Source: Eledone cirrhosa (Eukaryota). From it: 64,000 nt of DNA. The translations under genes were made by a program, and so were the position numbers. Location of the stretch: positions 12,586,001 to 12,650,000 of the forward strand of contig OZ024743.1 in the NCBI GenBank assembly GCA_964016885.1, read 5' to 3'. The notes beneath the pieces were generated by a model. That model was not told where the DNA came from and ran no database searches. It worked only from the letters and a program-made list of their open reading frames with translations. This document shows, in pieces, positions 25,651 to 40,250 of the stretch. Each line of letters begins with the position of its first letter. Positions within the stretch are counted from its first letter, which is position 1.

Positions 25651-25700
25651 ACTATGAATGAACGAAGTTAATTTTAACCTGTTGGCTTATACTTCATGTT

Positions 25701-25781
<81 letters not shown>

Positions 25782-25861
25782 GAATAAATGGACAGAGAAC
25801 AAAAAAGCAGAAAGGCAGTACAAATGGTATAGTGTTTAGTTTCACGCTTGAGAGTGGGGGT

Positions 25862-25901
25862 GGGGGACGACGTTTCGCGCGTAAGCCCTTCATCAGGAGA
25901 A
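25862..25901 (-). ncRNA. minimal hammerhead-like motif
   Basis: Minus strand: CTGATGA-agggcttacgcgc-GAAAC-GTC; stem I poorly paired. Confidence 0.55.
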
Positions 25902-26087
25902 CAGTGGGTAGGAAGAGAGTTCCGAGGGGGTGTGGGGAGTGGTGGAAAGACATTTAAAAAAGGGGGAGGGGAACAATTTTTAAAGAGTAAAGGAAATTTT
26001 TTAAAAGTACAGATAAAAATAAAATATATATATGTGTGTGTGTGTATTTATGTATGTATGTATATATGTATGTATATATATATATAT

Positions 26088-26695
26088 GTCAGGTCACCAG
26101 TTGGTGCTACTGGTAACATGTATCCCAATACAACCTGTCTCATGGTCGGGTCGTTGGCGACGAAACTGGCAACCCGACCAAGGTTTCTTGGTGAGGAGGG
26201 TGACTTTGGACATCCTGCAGGACTAAAAACAAAACCTGTCAAAGGGCAAAGGAGCTCTTAGGAGTCAATGGCCATCCAAAATCACCGGGAGAGATGACCC
26301 CTTAGCCTTTGTCAAGGCAGAATTCTAGGAGAAGGAAAACTCTGATATAACACCTGCAACCCTGATGGTATCCAATGATGTTGACTTGTTCTTCTTTTTG
26401 GTAAATATCATCTTGGTTAAGAGAGTGGGACTGGCTTTGTGCAGTGCCTTTGCTCACTATAAAAGCTTCACGGCACAGGCATTGCTTTATATCTGGAGAT
26501 CTCTCTGCACTTGTCGTCACATGGTACCATGGGCCCAGCACTATGTGTCAATAATTGTCACAAGTGTAGTGTTTGTACTAGAGTTTTCAAGTCGCTGGCT
26601 GGACTAAAAAGTCACACTCGTTCAGCGCATCGGTAGGGGTTCTCCTACTTGTATATAAAGTAGTGGCCGTACTCGAAAACGAGTTGGCAGCCACC
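26088..26695 (+). mobile_element. non-autonomous RTE-derived retroposon, copy 2
   Basis: Same start (gtcaggtcacc) and end (ggcagccacc) as 15388-15995. Confidence 0.8.
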
Positions 26696-26707
26696 ATATA
26701 TATATAT

Positions 26708-26930
26708 GTGGAGGCACGTGGCCGAGTGGTAAGGGTGTTGGACTTAGGATCATAATGTCGCGGGCTCGATTCCTGGGTTGCGTGTTGTGTTCTTGAGCAA
26801 AACACTTCATTTCACGTTGCTCCAGTATACTCAGATGGAAATGAGTACCAGCAATAACTGGAGGTTTAACCCTGCGATGGACTGGCGTCCTGTCCAGCGG
26901 GGTGTCTTGTACTCTCAGTCGCTTCACGAT
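26708..26930 (+). mobile_element. tRNA-derived SINE (family B)
   Basis: Box A tggccgagtggt, box B ggctcgattcc, then gtgttcttgagcaaaacactt and ctgcgatggactggcgtcctgtccag. Confidence 0.75.
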
Positions 26931-27620
26931 ATAATATATATATATAATTATCATATATATATAATATGTATATGTATGTATGTGTGTATAAGTGCATTAG
27001 TCCTCTATTGTAAGCCCCACGATGGTGTACAGGCTCTACTTCTGGAACGTTGCTGCTATTGTACATTGAGACATCATTTACTGTATCTAGATATAGGCCA
27101 CGCGACTGACTGGTATGAAGTCATTCTCAGACAGGCTCAATTTCTTGACAACAGACGGACTGTTCCTTCTCTCACTGCCTGTTCTATAGTTACTACAATG
27201 GTCTATACTTCCAAGAAATAGTTGCTATTGGTACTTCTGAATTCTTTCGTCTTCCTTCTCGTATCTGCCATGGGAAGTGCTTGCTTTATCAAAAACACTC
27301 ACGTCTTCTTATACTTAATTTCTACATTAGTGGCGCTGAAAAGCATTTCTTTTCCACTTGATCTGCTTTCAAAGAGGGCTTTACATACTTCCCAAACGGA
27401 GCCTTGGTTTGTGTAGAGCTCATTTTCCGCATACAAACACCATGTACAGATTCGAGATCCTCTCATTCATTCGTACAGTGTCTAGTCCAACGTAATCTGT
27501 GCTTATGTACTATTGTTTCAATACACATGACCCTAGCTCCCCTCAAAATCAGGATTGCATACATACATGGACACATACATACACACACACTTACATGCGT
27601 AGATGCATACTGTATATACA

Positions 27621-27742
<122 letters not shown>

Positions 27743-28152
27743 ATACATATATATACGCCGGTCATTGAAATACATATGTATTTATGCAATACTAAAATAA
27801 TATGCAATTTTCATTGAATATATATATATATTGTTATACTTGGGGAGAGTCATATTGTTGTAATAATATTGCCAGAATTAATAACAGAACACACTCACTG
27901 TCTGGTTGGTTTTCACTTCTGTATCTTTTATATCAGTTAATTTAATTTATTCGGTCCTCAATGTTTACCATTGACTGACCAACGGTCAAAAATACAGATA
28001 TAATATAGACACAAACACATATATATATAGTCTAACTAAGTTCTTTCGTTGCACATCTGCAACATCGTCAGTGGTGCTATTATGTTTCCTCCTGTTGTAT
28101 TGTATATTTACGCCATCTTTATTTAATCTGTTTATTTATATATATATATATA

Positions 28153-28316
<164 letters not shown>

Positions 28317-28365
28317 AATATATATATATATATATATATATAATAAATATATATATATATATATA

Positions 28366-28428
<63 letters not shown>

Positions 28429-28757
28429 CATGTGTGTGCGTAGGCGACCTAAGAAATAAGCATCATTTAATAATTTTACAAAATTAATAAATCAGCCCCA
28501 AACATAAAAAAAAAAAGATTATGGTGAGCAAATTACATGAATATTTCCACCATGTTCAGTCACAAATGTCGAGTGTTCACTCTGTTGTCACCCAACTGCG
28601 TTGTCAAAGATTACCTGACAATATTGATATAATGTAGAGGCCCACCATCGTTTAATAAAATGTAGTTTGTGATATTTCGCAGTTACTATAGTTCAAGCAA
28701 TAAATTTACTTTTAACATCTTCAGACACGCTTTTTACACGTGTTAAACTACCACCAA

Positions 28758-28925
28758 TTGAACCCGTGGCAGTAGAGACTTCTGGTGTCCTTGGCCCTAG
28801 GGCCACCTCCTTGCTCACCACCATCGGCACAGAGTTGGCTACCTGCGGGTTTGAGCTTCGCGAGCTGAAAAGGCTCTTCCAGCGCGTCTCTCTAACCGTC
28901 CATCAAGGAAACGCCAGGGCCGCGG
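28758..28925 (+). pseudogene. CRE-clade non-LTR restriction-like endonuclease C-terminal fragment
   Basis: EPVAVETSGVLGP...RE...LFQRVSLTVHQGNA. Confidence 0.7.
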
Positions 28926-29242
28926 GGTGGCCAGCGCGTGGGCCCCCATTTGCTCATAATAGCGAGAGATGGGGAGAGCGGGAGAGACGGAGGCAGTGAC
29001 AGTGGGAGTTTGGTTCTTTTGTGTTCGGACCTGGTGTATATGTTTCACGGCCAAACACTCATGTGTGCCTCTTATAGCATGTTCTGAATTAACATAGTCA
29101 ATAGATTCATAACTTAAGTTGTTTGATATATTTGAAAAGGAAAACAGCAAACTTAGATGTAGATATAACGTAAACATTCAGATAAGATAGAAGAGTATAA
29201 TTAGTCATTGTTATTTAAAAATTAATAGTGCGTTCTTTCTGG

Positions 29243-29319
<77 letters not shown>

Positions 29320-30041
29320 TATGAACTACGTTAGTACCAGAAATGTATGATAAAGTTATGTTTGTAAACATACAGTGTGGATAGTCGCGACTGCACCAAT
29401 GTGTATATAAATATACACATATTTAATATGTAGACATGTAAAAAATGTCTGAAAATACGAATTTCCTTGTAAATTGAAAAAATGATAAACACCTTAATCG
29501 ATTTTCAAACCTAATTGGGCCCTCATCCAAAGGCGTGTATATCATACAAACAAACAACCACAAGGAAACATGTATCTGATGGGTTTATATATAGATGTAT
29601 ATATATGTCTGTGTATCCACACACGCATGCAACCCACCGCACATGTACTGGAAATTGATATTCAGAATATGCAAGTTTATTTATAACTGTACATTTTCAT
29701 TTATTTTTCACGTCAACTATAGACCTATAGATTCTGGTTGTGGCCGTACAACAGCTGAGGTAGACAAAGAAAACTCTATTGGGGCGTAACAGTTGCTAAC
29801 CTTCTGCATTTATTGTTGCTACTGTGCATTCCAACACAGAGTTTGGGGTCAATAAGGGTATGGATATTATAGCTTGTGATTCTATTTTTTATGAGAAGAG
29901 ATAGGGTTTTTAGGATGTAGTAGTGCTCCGGGATGTTTTATAGACGCAAGGGTGAGGAAAACTCTACACCGAATCTCAGTCTGCAAAAAAATCCGAATAA
30001 AATCCTCAAATAGTCATCTATGGTTTATCCTATATATTTAA

Positions 30042-30249
30042 CCCTATAGCATTTACATTACTCTATATTTACTATTGTATTTTCACGGTAAAGGCTTTAT
30101 GTCACATAATTTCGAATCTATGAGATTTTGTTATTATTTATTTTGAGAACAATACCTTAACATCAGTATGAGCGGTCGGTTTCAGCCGGTTTGAACAGAA
30201 ATAGGTGAGAGAATTCTGGCCGGATATGGCCGGTTTAAATGCTAAAGGG
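30042..30249. mobile_element. piggyBac-like MITE
   Basis: TTAA on both sides; TIRs ccctatagcattta / taaatgctaaaggg. Confidence 0.7.
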
Positions 30250-30612
30250 TTAAACATGTTTAAATGCACAGTCAAACCAATACTAGATGTAATATGCCAG
30301 ATAAGAAGGTGGGATCGTCACGTCTAGAATGTCAAACGAACAACAAACGTTCGATACACACATACAATATATATATTTATATATATATTTGTGTGTTTTA
30401 TATAGGCGCAATGCATTGTGTTTATATGAGATGATAAATGGGATTCTTGACAGAAAGTGTTTGCAATATAAGTGAAGGGAACTAGGAAAGATTGAAATTA
30501 CATCTCGATTACAACTCTCTCAGGGGAATATGTCTTGCAGTACCACTCTCGTCAACTGTTCTGCAGTTTAGTTAATTACAGACACGTTTTGTTTAATTTT
30601 TCTAGCATGAAA

Positions 30613-30657
<45 letters not shown>

Positions 30658-30747
30658 AGCTAAGTAGTTGGGAGCAAGTCACCGTGACATAATAGGACAA
30701 ATAAGAAAGAATGAGCGAACTAAATAAAAACAACAAACACTATCAAT

Positions 30748-30818
<71 letters not shown>

Positions 30819-30959
30819 GTGGTGGGAGTATATCCACTCAGTCAGTCCAACCTTTATCAGACCATCTTTGAACCACAAAATATATATGGTGAAGACAACA
30901 ATGGTGTCACAGAGAAGAATGCAGTAAATACAAAGAAAGAAAATAAAAGAACTATAAAT

Positions 30960-31065
30960 AATTGTTTCTACTCTTGGCACAAGGCCAGTAATTACTCAGT
31001 GCATTACTGGTACTTTATTTTATCGACCCCGTAAGGATGAAAGGCAAAGTTAACCTCGGCGGGAT
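30960..31065 (-). mobile_element. SINE family A, 5'-truncated
   Basis: Core and 3' end match the other family A copies. Confidence 0.8.
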
Positions 31066-31229
31066 ATAATGCTACTATACACAAATACGCACTATACAAC
31101 ACACATGCAACCCTCTCCATGTAAACACATCCCTATGTAAACCCACCTTCACCACAACCAGACCCGCCATGTGAACCGCATACAAACGCCACACAAATAT
31201 AGTGAAAGGGAATGACAATGAGATTTTCA

Positions 31230-31472
31230 CCTTGAAAGTTCCCCCTCCAAGGCACAAGTCCGTGTAAGGTTGTTTGTGGAAGACCAGCAGCCACCCATGC
31301 ATACCAGTCTCCCCTCTCCACGCCACCAATGATGTCCAAGGGAAAGGCTGATACAACTTGGCTCCAGTGACGTCGCTACACATTTCTACAGCTGAATGAA
31401 CTGGAGCAACGTAAAATAAAGTGTCTTATTTAAGAACACAATACCAAGCCCAGTCCGAGAATCGAACTCACG
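31230..31472 (-). mobile_element. tRNA-derived SINE, head related to family B
   Basis: Minus strand gagttcgattc (box B)...gtgttcttaaataagacactttattttacgttgctccagt. Confidence 0.6.
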
Positions 31473-32164
31473 AAACTATATACATACATCACCACCACCG
31501 TCCTTGTTGTAATAAATACCATACCATTAGATAAAAACACAGATGACAAATATGAGAGACAACTCCGGACATATTTTGGCCTTATGATCTCATCATCGAA
31601 ACATAGACTTCATCCTATTTACCAAAGTATTGACAGGAAATCAGTAAATTTACAAGAATATTCAGATGTTCGACTACCCGTTTAAGACAGGCATCATCAA
31701 AGATCTAACTCGAATAACCAGAAACGTGTCTGGAGTTGTCTCCCGTACTTGTCGAAATACAATAATTAAAATATTCGTCAATGATGAATGGTATTTTTTC
31801 CTCAACACATAATTATTTCTTATCGGATTTTCGATGCTCCTTGCATTAAATATGTCAACACTAACTTAAATATTGTTTTTCGTGCATATAGCCTCTTTCA
31901 GAAATCTATTTTAAAACAATTTTAACTTTCTACATCGATGTACTTTCTTGTACATTTATTTAGCCATTACCCAAATCAGTACTTCGATATTGTTGTTGTT
32001 ACGGCTCATATTTGCATAGGTTTAGACGTCTTCCTATGAAATAGCACCTCATAGGAAGTTTCTTGAGTGTTGGGAGCCTGTCATACTTCACCGATCAGCT
32101 CACGTTAAAACCAAAACATTTGCTGAAATAAACGAAAAAGTATTGTTTTTATTTTTGTAACTAC

Positions 32165-32665
32165 AATGCTACAGCATTCAGTAATCAGAAGAAGAGAGGT
32201 AGGTGTAAAAGCCAAACTCGCAATCTTCAGTTTGATTTTCGTTCCAACCCTTACCTATGGTCACGAACCTTGGGTAATAACCGAAATAATACTATCACGA
32301 AAACAAGCAGCCGAAATAGGCATCCTCTATAAAGTGCGTAGTTCGGAGATCAGAGAGTCACTCCAGATAGAGCCGTTACTTTTCTGAATTGAGAGATTAC
32401 AGCTCCGATACTATGGACATGTGGCTAGAATGTCTCAGGAAAGAATCACTGGACTGATTTTACGGGCAAAACCAACCGTCAAGAGACCCAGGGCTAGAAC
32501 TCGAGCAAGATGGCTGGATAACATCCCAGAGCTTGGCTGGTCATGCTTGGGGATCCAGCCGGATCAGCTAGAGACGTTAGCTTCTGACAGGACCCGCTGG
32601 AAGGAATGTTTGAGGACTCTGCCTCCACGACCCTCTCAGGAATAAGTAGGCAAAGAAGAAGAGAA
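32165..32665 (+). mobile_element. Rex3/Expander-like RTE LINE 3' fragment
   Basis: PTLTYGHE.WV, LRYYGHVARM, RPRAR..RWLD; ends in gaagaaga. Confidence 0.8.
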
Positions 32666-33739
32666 CATTAACTTAACTATTGTTTTTCTGGCTTCTCGGC
32701 AGAACTATATATTTGTTGAGTATTTCTATAATTGGTATACTTTATATACTTTAGATACAAAGGTTAGATTAAAAATTAAACTGTTGTGCTTTTATCAAAC
32801 TTTTTAATATTTTCCGACATTAAATGACCGCATTGTACTGTCTTGTCATTATAATTGCTTATAACATGACAACATTCTTGCTTTTATATATGTCTATATC
32901 TATCTTCGAAAATGAGTGTAAGAAGAATCAGGAAGGGTGTCTCAGCGTGGTGGATCCACCTCCTAGAAATAACAGACACACCACATTCATATCGCACCCA
33001 ACCGTCTTAGAAACGGAGCTACACATTAGATAATATATTAGTAGACATGCCCTTAAATATACGGGATTGTCACGGCTGGAATACACAGCTATTCCAGTAC
33101 TGAAATGTGGTTTACGCAATAACTATATATACAACACTACCGATAATGTCATTCAAAACATAACTTCAGTATAGTTAAATGGAGTCTAACCTATATAATT
33201 ATTGAGCCATTTTTTCTTGTAGTTAAATTCATACCCCCAATGCGTAAAAGAATCATTGCCTTTTATAATTAATATTTATATAAAAAAAACATCCCCATAA
33301 AAACAACAACAACAACAACAAAATAAAATAAAAACAAAGAAACAAATAAAGGAAAACAATTTCGAATCTCAAATTAATCCAAGCTTAAATGGAGCTAACG
33401 CAGTAAGTCTGGCTACCCGCAGGTAGGGCGAAAATCTCGAACATGTTTCGGTCTTGTTAAATCTCCACAACGAAGCAATAGACACACTAGTATATAGAAG
33501 ATCCAAGGGTAGTTTGAGAGAATAATAAGAAGTTCGATTTCAGGAAGAACATATAGTTAAACGCAGGATAACATACTTAATAGAGCGAGAAAACAAAAAC
33601 AAAACAACAAATCAAATAGCCTTGTTAGTTTAAATGTATCTTCAAGTATATAAAAAGAAAATGTACGAGTTTTTGTAAAAGATTAACGTTAAACTGATAA
33701 ACCAGGTCTGTTCTTATTGAATGACAAAGAAATGATTCC

Positions 33740-33778
<39 letters not shown>

Positions 33779-33940
33779 AAGAGTGAAGAATAACATGGTC
33801 GGCTATACAAAAAGGCTTTTATTTACAGTATTAACAATTGTTTCATTGATCAGGTGAGTCTAAAGGCCGCTGATCATTCCAAGTTGCGTCACTCGACCTT
33901 AAATACAGTGTGTGTCTCTGATCAAATCAACGGAATTCTT

Positions 33941-34007
<67 letters not shown>

Positions 34008-34497
34008 TATATATATATGAATATATATAACGGAAGGACAAATCGCACACGATATTTACAATACAAGTTGTTTCATGCACATTTTGTTCTGCATTACTGC
34101 AAAACAATCTTGCTGCACTCTTCAGTTGTGTACATTGATTGTGCCTTATATACTGAAACCGGAAGTTGATTGATGTATTGAAAGCGGAATTTTTGAAAAA
34201 TCCGAGTTAGTTCTACTTTTTCGGTTTGCAGAAGTAGCCTCCCTTGACTTATGTTCCCAGGTACCCAAACATGCCTATACGCACGTGCACACTTATTCGC
34301 ATTCACCTGTATAAATTCACGCACACACTCTTACACGAATAAGTCTGACCGCATGTGTACACATAAACACACAGACTCACACAACCCACTCTATACACAG
34401 ATACACACATATACACATAACATATTTATCTACACACTACTTTCCTCAAGTATGGAGTTCTAAGAATTTTACTATTCTTAACAAGTAACACTCCATT

Positions 34498-34562
<65 letters not shown>

Positions 34563-34631
34563 CAGTGCGAAAACCGAGAAGACCTTGAATTAGGGTAGTA
34601 GATTATGCATCATGAAATATACATATATATA

Positions 34632-34708
<77 letters not shown>

Positions 34709-34971
34709 CCTTGCTTATTGTTTTTAAATTTTAACCCCATCAATGAATGTTTTTGCCATCTAATTATAAAGATAATCCCGACTAATCGAAGTTTGTCCTC
34801 TCACATCTGAGAGATTCTGTTGTATGTACATTTAATAAGTAGAACATTCCTCAGGTGTTTTCCTTGTCACTTCTGTTGAAAAATCAAAGCAAAACGGACA
34901 GAATGGTGACAGCTAGAAGGCATTTGGCATACGACTGCTTGAGCTGAGCTGACAGGGTTAGTTGGCATCGG

Positions 34972-35055
<84 letters not shown>

Positions 35056-36038
35056 ATTGGTGTGGGATGCTTAAGGCGTCCGTATGCGGTAGGCCGTTTG
35101 AGCACTCGTTCGATCATCGCATCGATCGTGCCTCGAGCTGGTCGCCAGAGAAATGATTGTAATATGTCTAATAAATTTAAATTCGTCGCACCACTGATTC
35201 TCCGTTTCTTATGTGATATATATATGTATGTATACACACACACACACACACAAATATACAGATACACACAGAAACATACTCATATACATATAGATAGTGC
35301 CAGGCTTGGACTTGGCGTGGACTTAAACTATATAAGGTCCCCCCCAAAATAGGAAATAGATATTCCATTTAAATACGTCGAGGTCCCTGCGGATTGTGTG
35401 ACTAAACGTTAGCTTGATTAGTTAACGTTTAAATCCAACAATGCATATACAAAAGCATGACTAGGTTTAAAATGTAGGCCCCGAAAGCTGGTTATAGTAT
35501 CAGGTCGAACATGAAAATGCAAGCTCCATTTCAAATTGTTCATTATCTATTTTTGTAATCCATACTAAATACATATAATTTATGCATTGGATTACGGATA
35601 TATACGTGTGCATATAGTATAGATGATGTTGTTACAAAGAACAGCACAGAATGAAAGAACTAGAATTTGAGGTGTTTGGGTCCTTTCAAAACCGTAGGCT
35701 CATGCCAACTGGCCCATCTGTCAACTCTCCAAGTATGGCCTGCATATACATAAAATTGTAATATATACACACTCAGCTGATAAATGAGAGCCAACAGCGG
35801 AGCGTGTACATGTTCACTTGATTTGCTAGAACTTATGCCCAAATCAGACCTTACTGCCTTGGAAAAAGACAGGCTGGATAGTATGGCCCTAGGTTCGCTG
35901 TACTTAGGAAAAGGTTGGGATGGTCCCGACCTGAGGGTAAGCAACAACAACGATATATAGACACAGGAACATACTCATATCTTTTTCTTTATATAAGTAT
36001 ATAAATATATCTCTACACATGCCACACATGCACTCACC

Positions 36039-36135
<97 letters not shown>

Positions 36136-36169
36136 CGTGTGTGTGTGTATATATAAATATATAATGTAA

Positions 36170-36211
<42 letters not shown>

Positions 36212-36306
36212 GTATATACTTACATTAGGCGTGTGTTTGGTGTGTGTATGTATGTGTGTATAAGTGTGTGAATATATAGACACAAATAAATGAATCTCTA
36301 CCGTAC

Positions 36307-36390
36307 CTGTGCTGAAGAACATGTTAGAAATCCGAAGAAAGGCAGTAGTAGAACAGTAATAATATTTATGTTCTTCGCAGTGAACACCAT
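36307..36390 (-). CDS. probable first coding exon encoding a signal peptide (secreted or membrane protein, unidentified)
   Basis: atcATGG Kozak context; MVFTAKNINIITVLLLPFFGFLTCSSAQ (basic n-region, hydrophobic core, S-S-A cleavage motif); ends CAG|GTACGG phase-0 donor. Confidence 0.6.
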
Positions 36391-36713
36391 GATGTATCAT
36401 GCACGTATGGGGTATATCCACCAACTGCTGAGAACTAACTAACTTCTCAAACTCACACAAACAACAGCAGCAACAGCAACCTCTACCGAGCGTCAACAAC
36501 ACGAACGAGAATAAGAAACAAGAAAAACAGAGAGTTAGGACAACGGCATCACAACAAAGGGTAACAGTAGCAGAAATAAGAAAGGTGTAGTAATGGTGGT
36601 GCTAGTGATGTTGATATCGAAATTGGGTGTAGTGTCGTTGGTAGAGGCAATAGCAGCTCAACAGCAGCAACTGAAGGAGGAAGATGATAATGATGATGAT
36701 GATGATGATGATG

Positions 36714-36747
<34 letters not shown>

Positions 36748-36866
36748 CTGCAGTGACAGCCGCAGATATTAATTTCAAAGTTATCTTTAACCCCCCCCCC
36801 CCCAAGCACGGACCCTCCAGTATTGCCCACTTCTCTTTCCCTCTCTCTCTTTATATATATACACGC

Positions 36867-36940
<74 letters not shown>

Positions 36941-36945
36941 ATATA

Positions 36946-37026
<81 letters not shown>

Positions 37027-37034
37027 TTATATAA

Positions 37035-37116
<82 letters not shown>

Positions 37117-37124
37117 TTATATAA

Positions 37125-37178
<54 letters not shown>

Positions 37179-37186
37179 TTATATAA

Positions 37187-37248
<62 letters not shown>

Positions 37249-37256
37249 TTATATAA

Positions 37257-37296
<40 letters not shown>

Positions 37297-37301
37297 TTAT
37301 A

Positions 37302-37396
<95 letters not shown>

Positions 37397-37402
37397 GCAC
37401 AC

Positions 37403-37439
<37 letters not shown>

Positions 37440-37440
<1 letters not shown>

Positions 37441-37600
37441 GAGTCGGGGCCCGACAGCTGAGCTCTTGCCGTTTTGACAGCTAGTTCCACACTGTTAACA
37501 AACAGACTTACAGTAAACTGGCCATTCCATCAGGGGCGTGGCTTAGGTGATTGACGTGTTGGTAAAATAATGGGTTGTCCGTATAAGGGTACAAGCTGTC
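37440..37600 (-). promoter_or_regulatory. candidate promoter-proximal region
   Basis: Non-repetitive GC-richer island with ggggcgtggc (Sp/KLF-like) and tgacgt (CRE half-site) about 1.1 kb upstream of the signal-peptide exon. Confidence 0.3.
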
Positions 37601-38229
37601 CATTTAAGGGTAAATGTTCTTTATAGGATGTTTACGAAATGTTTTAGAATGAATTGATTCTATTTTATTTATATATATATATTAAAAATATGTTATATAT
37701 ATTTTTTTTTCTGGGCGTGGTTGTGTGTGTGGGTGTATGTGTGTGTGTTTGTATGTTTCGTCATTTATGTTGGAATGGGTAAGAAAAACTGCGGTGTTGT
37801 AGCGGTTCGTTCCCCAACAATTTCAAATACATCCAACTATAAAATTGTCTAATGTAAGGACATTTTTACTTTCAGCTTCAAAAGGAAATTTGAGAAAAAC
37901 AACATTAGCTGTCTCAGTTCTTTTTACCTGAAGTAAACTTAGAAGCTTAAAACCTCCCCCAAACTCGCAAAATAATAGCCATTCTCATTTATTTCTCACA
38001 ATTCAGCAACCGACCCCCTTCATCACTTCAACTTTTGTATTGTCGGTTGCAAATACTCTAAATAGGATGTGATAAAAAATAAAAAAACATATATTGAGGT
38101 CATTTATTGGTTGGTATAATACGTATATTGCTTCAATAAACAGTAGAAATATTAATTAACATTTAAAATAATGTGAATTTCAGAAATCTAGAAGATTAAT
38201 ATTGTCCGGCGTCTTATCACATGGCCACA

Positions 38230-39340
38230 TTGGATTCTTTTTGTTGTAGGTCTGGAGAAAGAGGTAGTGTCCATGGATTTAACAGGCTCTCTGAGATAGG
38301 AGACATCAATGCCGTTAAAGGTCCGTTTAAACTCTTGCAAGCCCACTCCTTCAAGTAATACATGGGCAGGAAGGAAGTTCCAGAGGCCGACATTCTGGTC
38401 AGAAAGAAATGGGCGTAGTTGTTAGTGCGGGGCTTGAGTGATTGTTGACAGCATGGGTGATGAGAAGAGGGCAGACGAGTGAATCAATAATGTCTGGTGA
38501 CTTGAGCCAAGCAAGCGCAGAAGAGCAGAGATAATTGTAACAGCATTAGAAAGAGAAGACTATAGCTGTGGCTTAGAACCTGAAGTGTGTCTGTAAGTGG
38601 ATTTCATGCCGATTAGACGAGTAGCTTTTCTCTAGATGCGGACTAGGATGTCAGTGTAACCGAGGCAGATGCAGGAGCTCTATTCCATTGTGGGTCTTAT
38701 CTAAGCTTTGTACAGGACCATAACTGATTGGGGATTGAAGTATATTCTAATCTTGAAGAAAAGGGCTAGATTTGCGTTCGCCATGACAGAACATCAGTGA
38801 TTGTAAAGTCTAGCATTTGAAGTGATTGAGAGAGTTCTAGTTGCGTAATGTATAGTGGGATGCGTTTTTGAAGTGAGCAGTTCTTGTTACCTTTCTACTG
38901 TTGAAAAAGACGAGAGAGGCATGAGTCCGTTGGAGGTTGTTTTCCATGCATTTGTTCATATAATTAGTATAAGCTTGGTGTGGGGTGTCGAGATTACACG
39001 TAGATGATGCTTGATTGAAAAAGGTTATAGAAAAATGAAAGATAGCATGATCCTCTTAATAGTAGACATTGTTGGGTGTAGAGAGAGAAGGGTGTGATGG
39101 ACAAAACCAAACCTTAGAACAATCAGAGATGGTAAATTCTGGGACAAGGAGAGCATATATTATAATCATTGTTTCTACTTTTGGCACAAGGCCAGCAATT
39201 ATCCAGTGTATTACTGGTACTTTATTTTATCGACCCCGTAAGGATGAAAGGCAAAGTTAACTTCGGTGATCTGATAAGCGATTACCACGTCAATAGATGA
39301 AAGGCAGATGGAGCCTTTTGCGGGGTAGTTTTGAGAAGAG
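38230..39340 (-). pseudogene. degraded CR1/L2/Jockey-group LINE RT C-terminal fragment
   Basis: Minus strand VLYKA*IRPTME*SSCIC resembles the LYKAxIRPxMEYCSxIW motif; many stops; interrupted by a SINE fragment at ~39168-39270. Confidence 0.55.
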
Positions 39341-39619
39341 ATTCACATGCTAGCCGCGGTCGAAAGATTTGTTGAAGTCGAGGTCAACATGATTGTTTTC
39401 TTACTGATTAACGAGAATTCCAAAGGAAGGAAATAACTGTAATAATAGTCAATCACTATAGATAATAGCTGAGAATATCGATCGCCGATTCTCTTCCTTT
39501 TATTGAGTTCTCGTGGTACAAAAGAAAAAAATATCATTAGAATTATGACATATTTATCCATATAATTACTATTATAGCTCATTTCTGTAAGTTGATTATA
39601 AATATAAATGAACGTATTT

Positions 39620-40250
39620 GTGTTCTTGATGTTTCAGTTGTTTGGCTGATAATATTATTCTCCCCAACGATTTAAATATGTCGATGCATGAAAAGGATAC
39701 GGGCATTATTTATGCTAGGAAAAAACTCTTGGAATTTGCAAGTCGTTGTGTTGTAAGTGGAAACCTGACAAACATTCCCATCCTTGATGGAGTTGTTAAA
39801 TCATTGCATATGTAAATACTTCAAAAAGCCAAGAGCCATTTGAATGTCCTAGACACTAAATTCGAAATTTACTATTCAGATATTTATGATTTTAGCATGG
39901 AAATTGTTGGGATCCAGAATCCTTTCTCATCTGGTATGTCTACGATGAATGACAATCATCCAGCAAAGAGGAGTTTATTTTCGAAAAGACCCAACACAAA
40001 GACTGATTTCGAAAAAAGATGTTATTTTTTAGCAGATCGAAGCTTACAATAGCATGCCCATGAGGACAATGCAGATTTGTGTTCCATTCACATTTACGTA
40101 TCTCTGTGTAACAACATTTTCTGTATGATTAAATCTGAAATTAAAACAAAGAAGTCGACTTGATATTTCAGATGACATAGGAGGAACCTTGTTAGTAACT
40201 GTTCAACAATTCCATGTTTTGATTGCACAAACACAACAGAAGATAAATCT
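39620..40250 (+). pseudogene. hAT (Charlie-like) transposase C-terminal remnant
   Basis: LADNIILPNDLNMSMHEKD, IQNPF and PFTFTYLC-like motifs across broken frames. Confidence 0.55.

Noticed and set aside
26990-27550. Complex sequence that might be coding
   Set aside because: Frames checked contain stops and no recognisable motif
31545-31755. Inverted ~35-bp repeats with gaaacgtgtc
   Set aside because: Too short and decayed to call either a ribozyme or a TIR element
35660-35950. Possible second exon of the signal-peptide gene
   Set aside because: The phase-0 frame hits a stop after 8 codons, and the plus strand resembles an old SINE 3' region ending in (AAC)n
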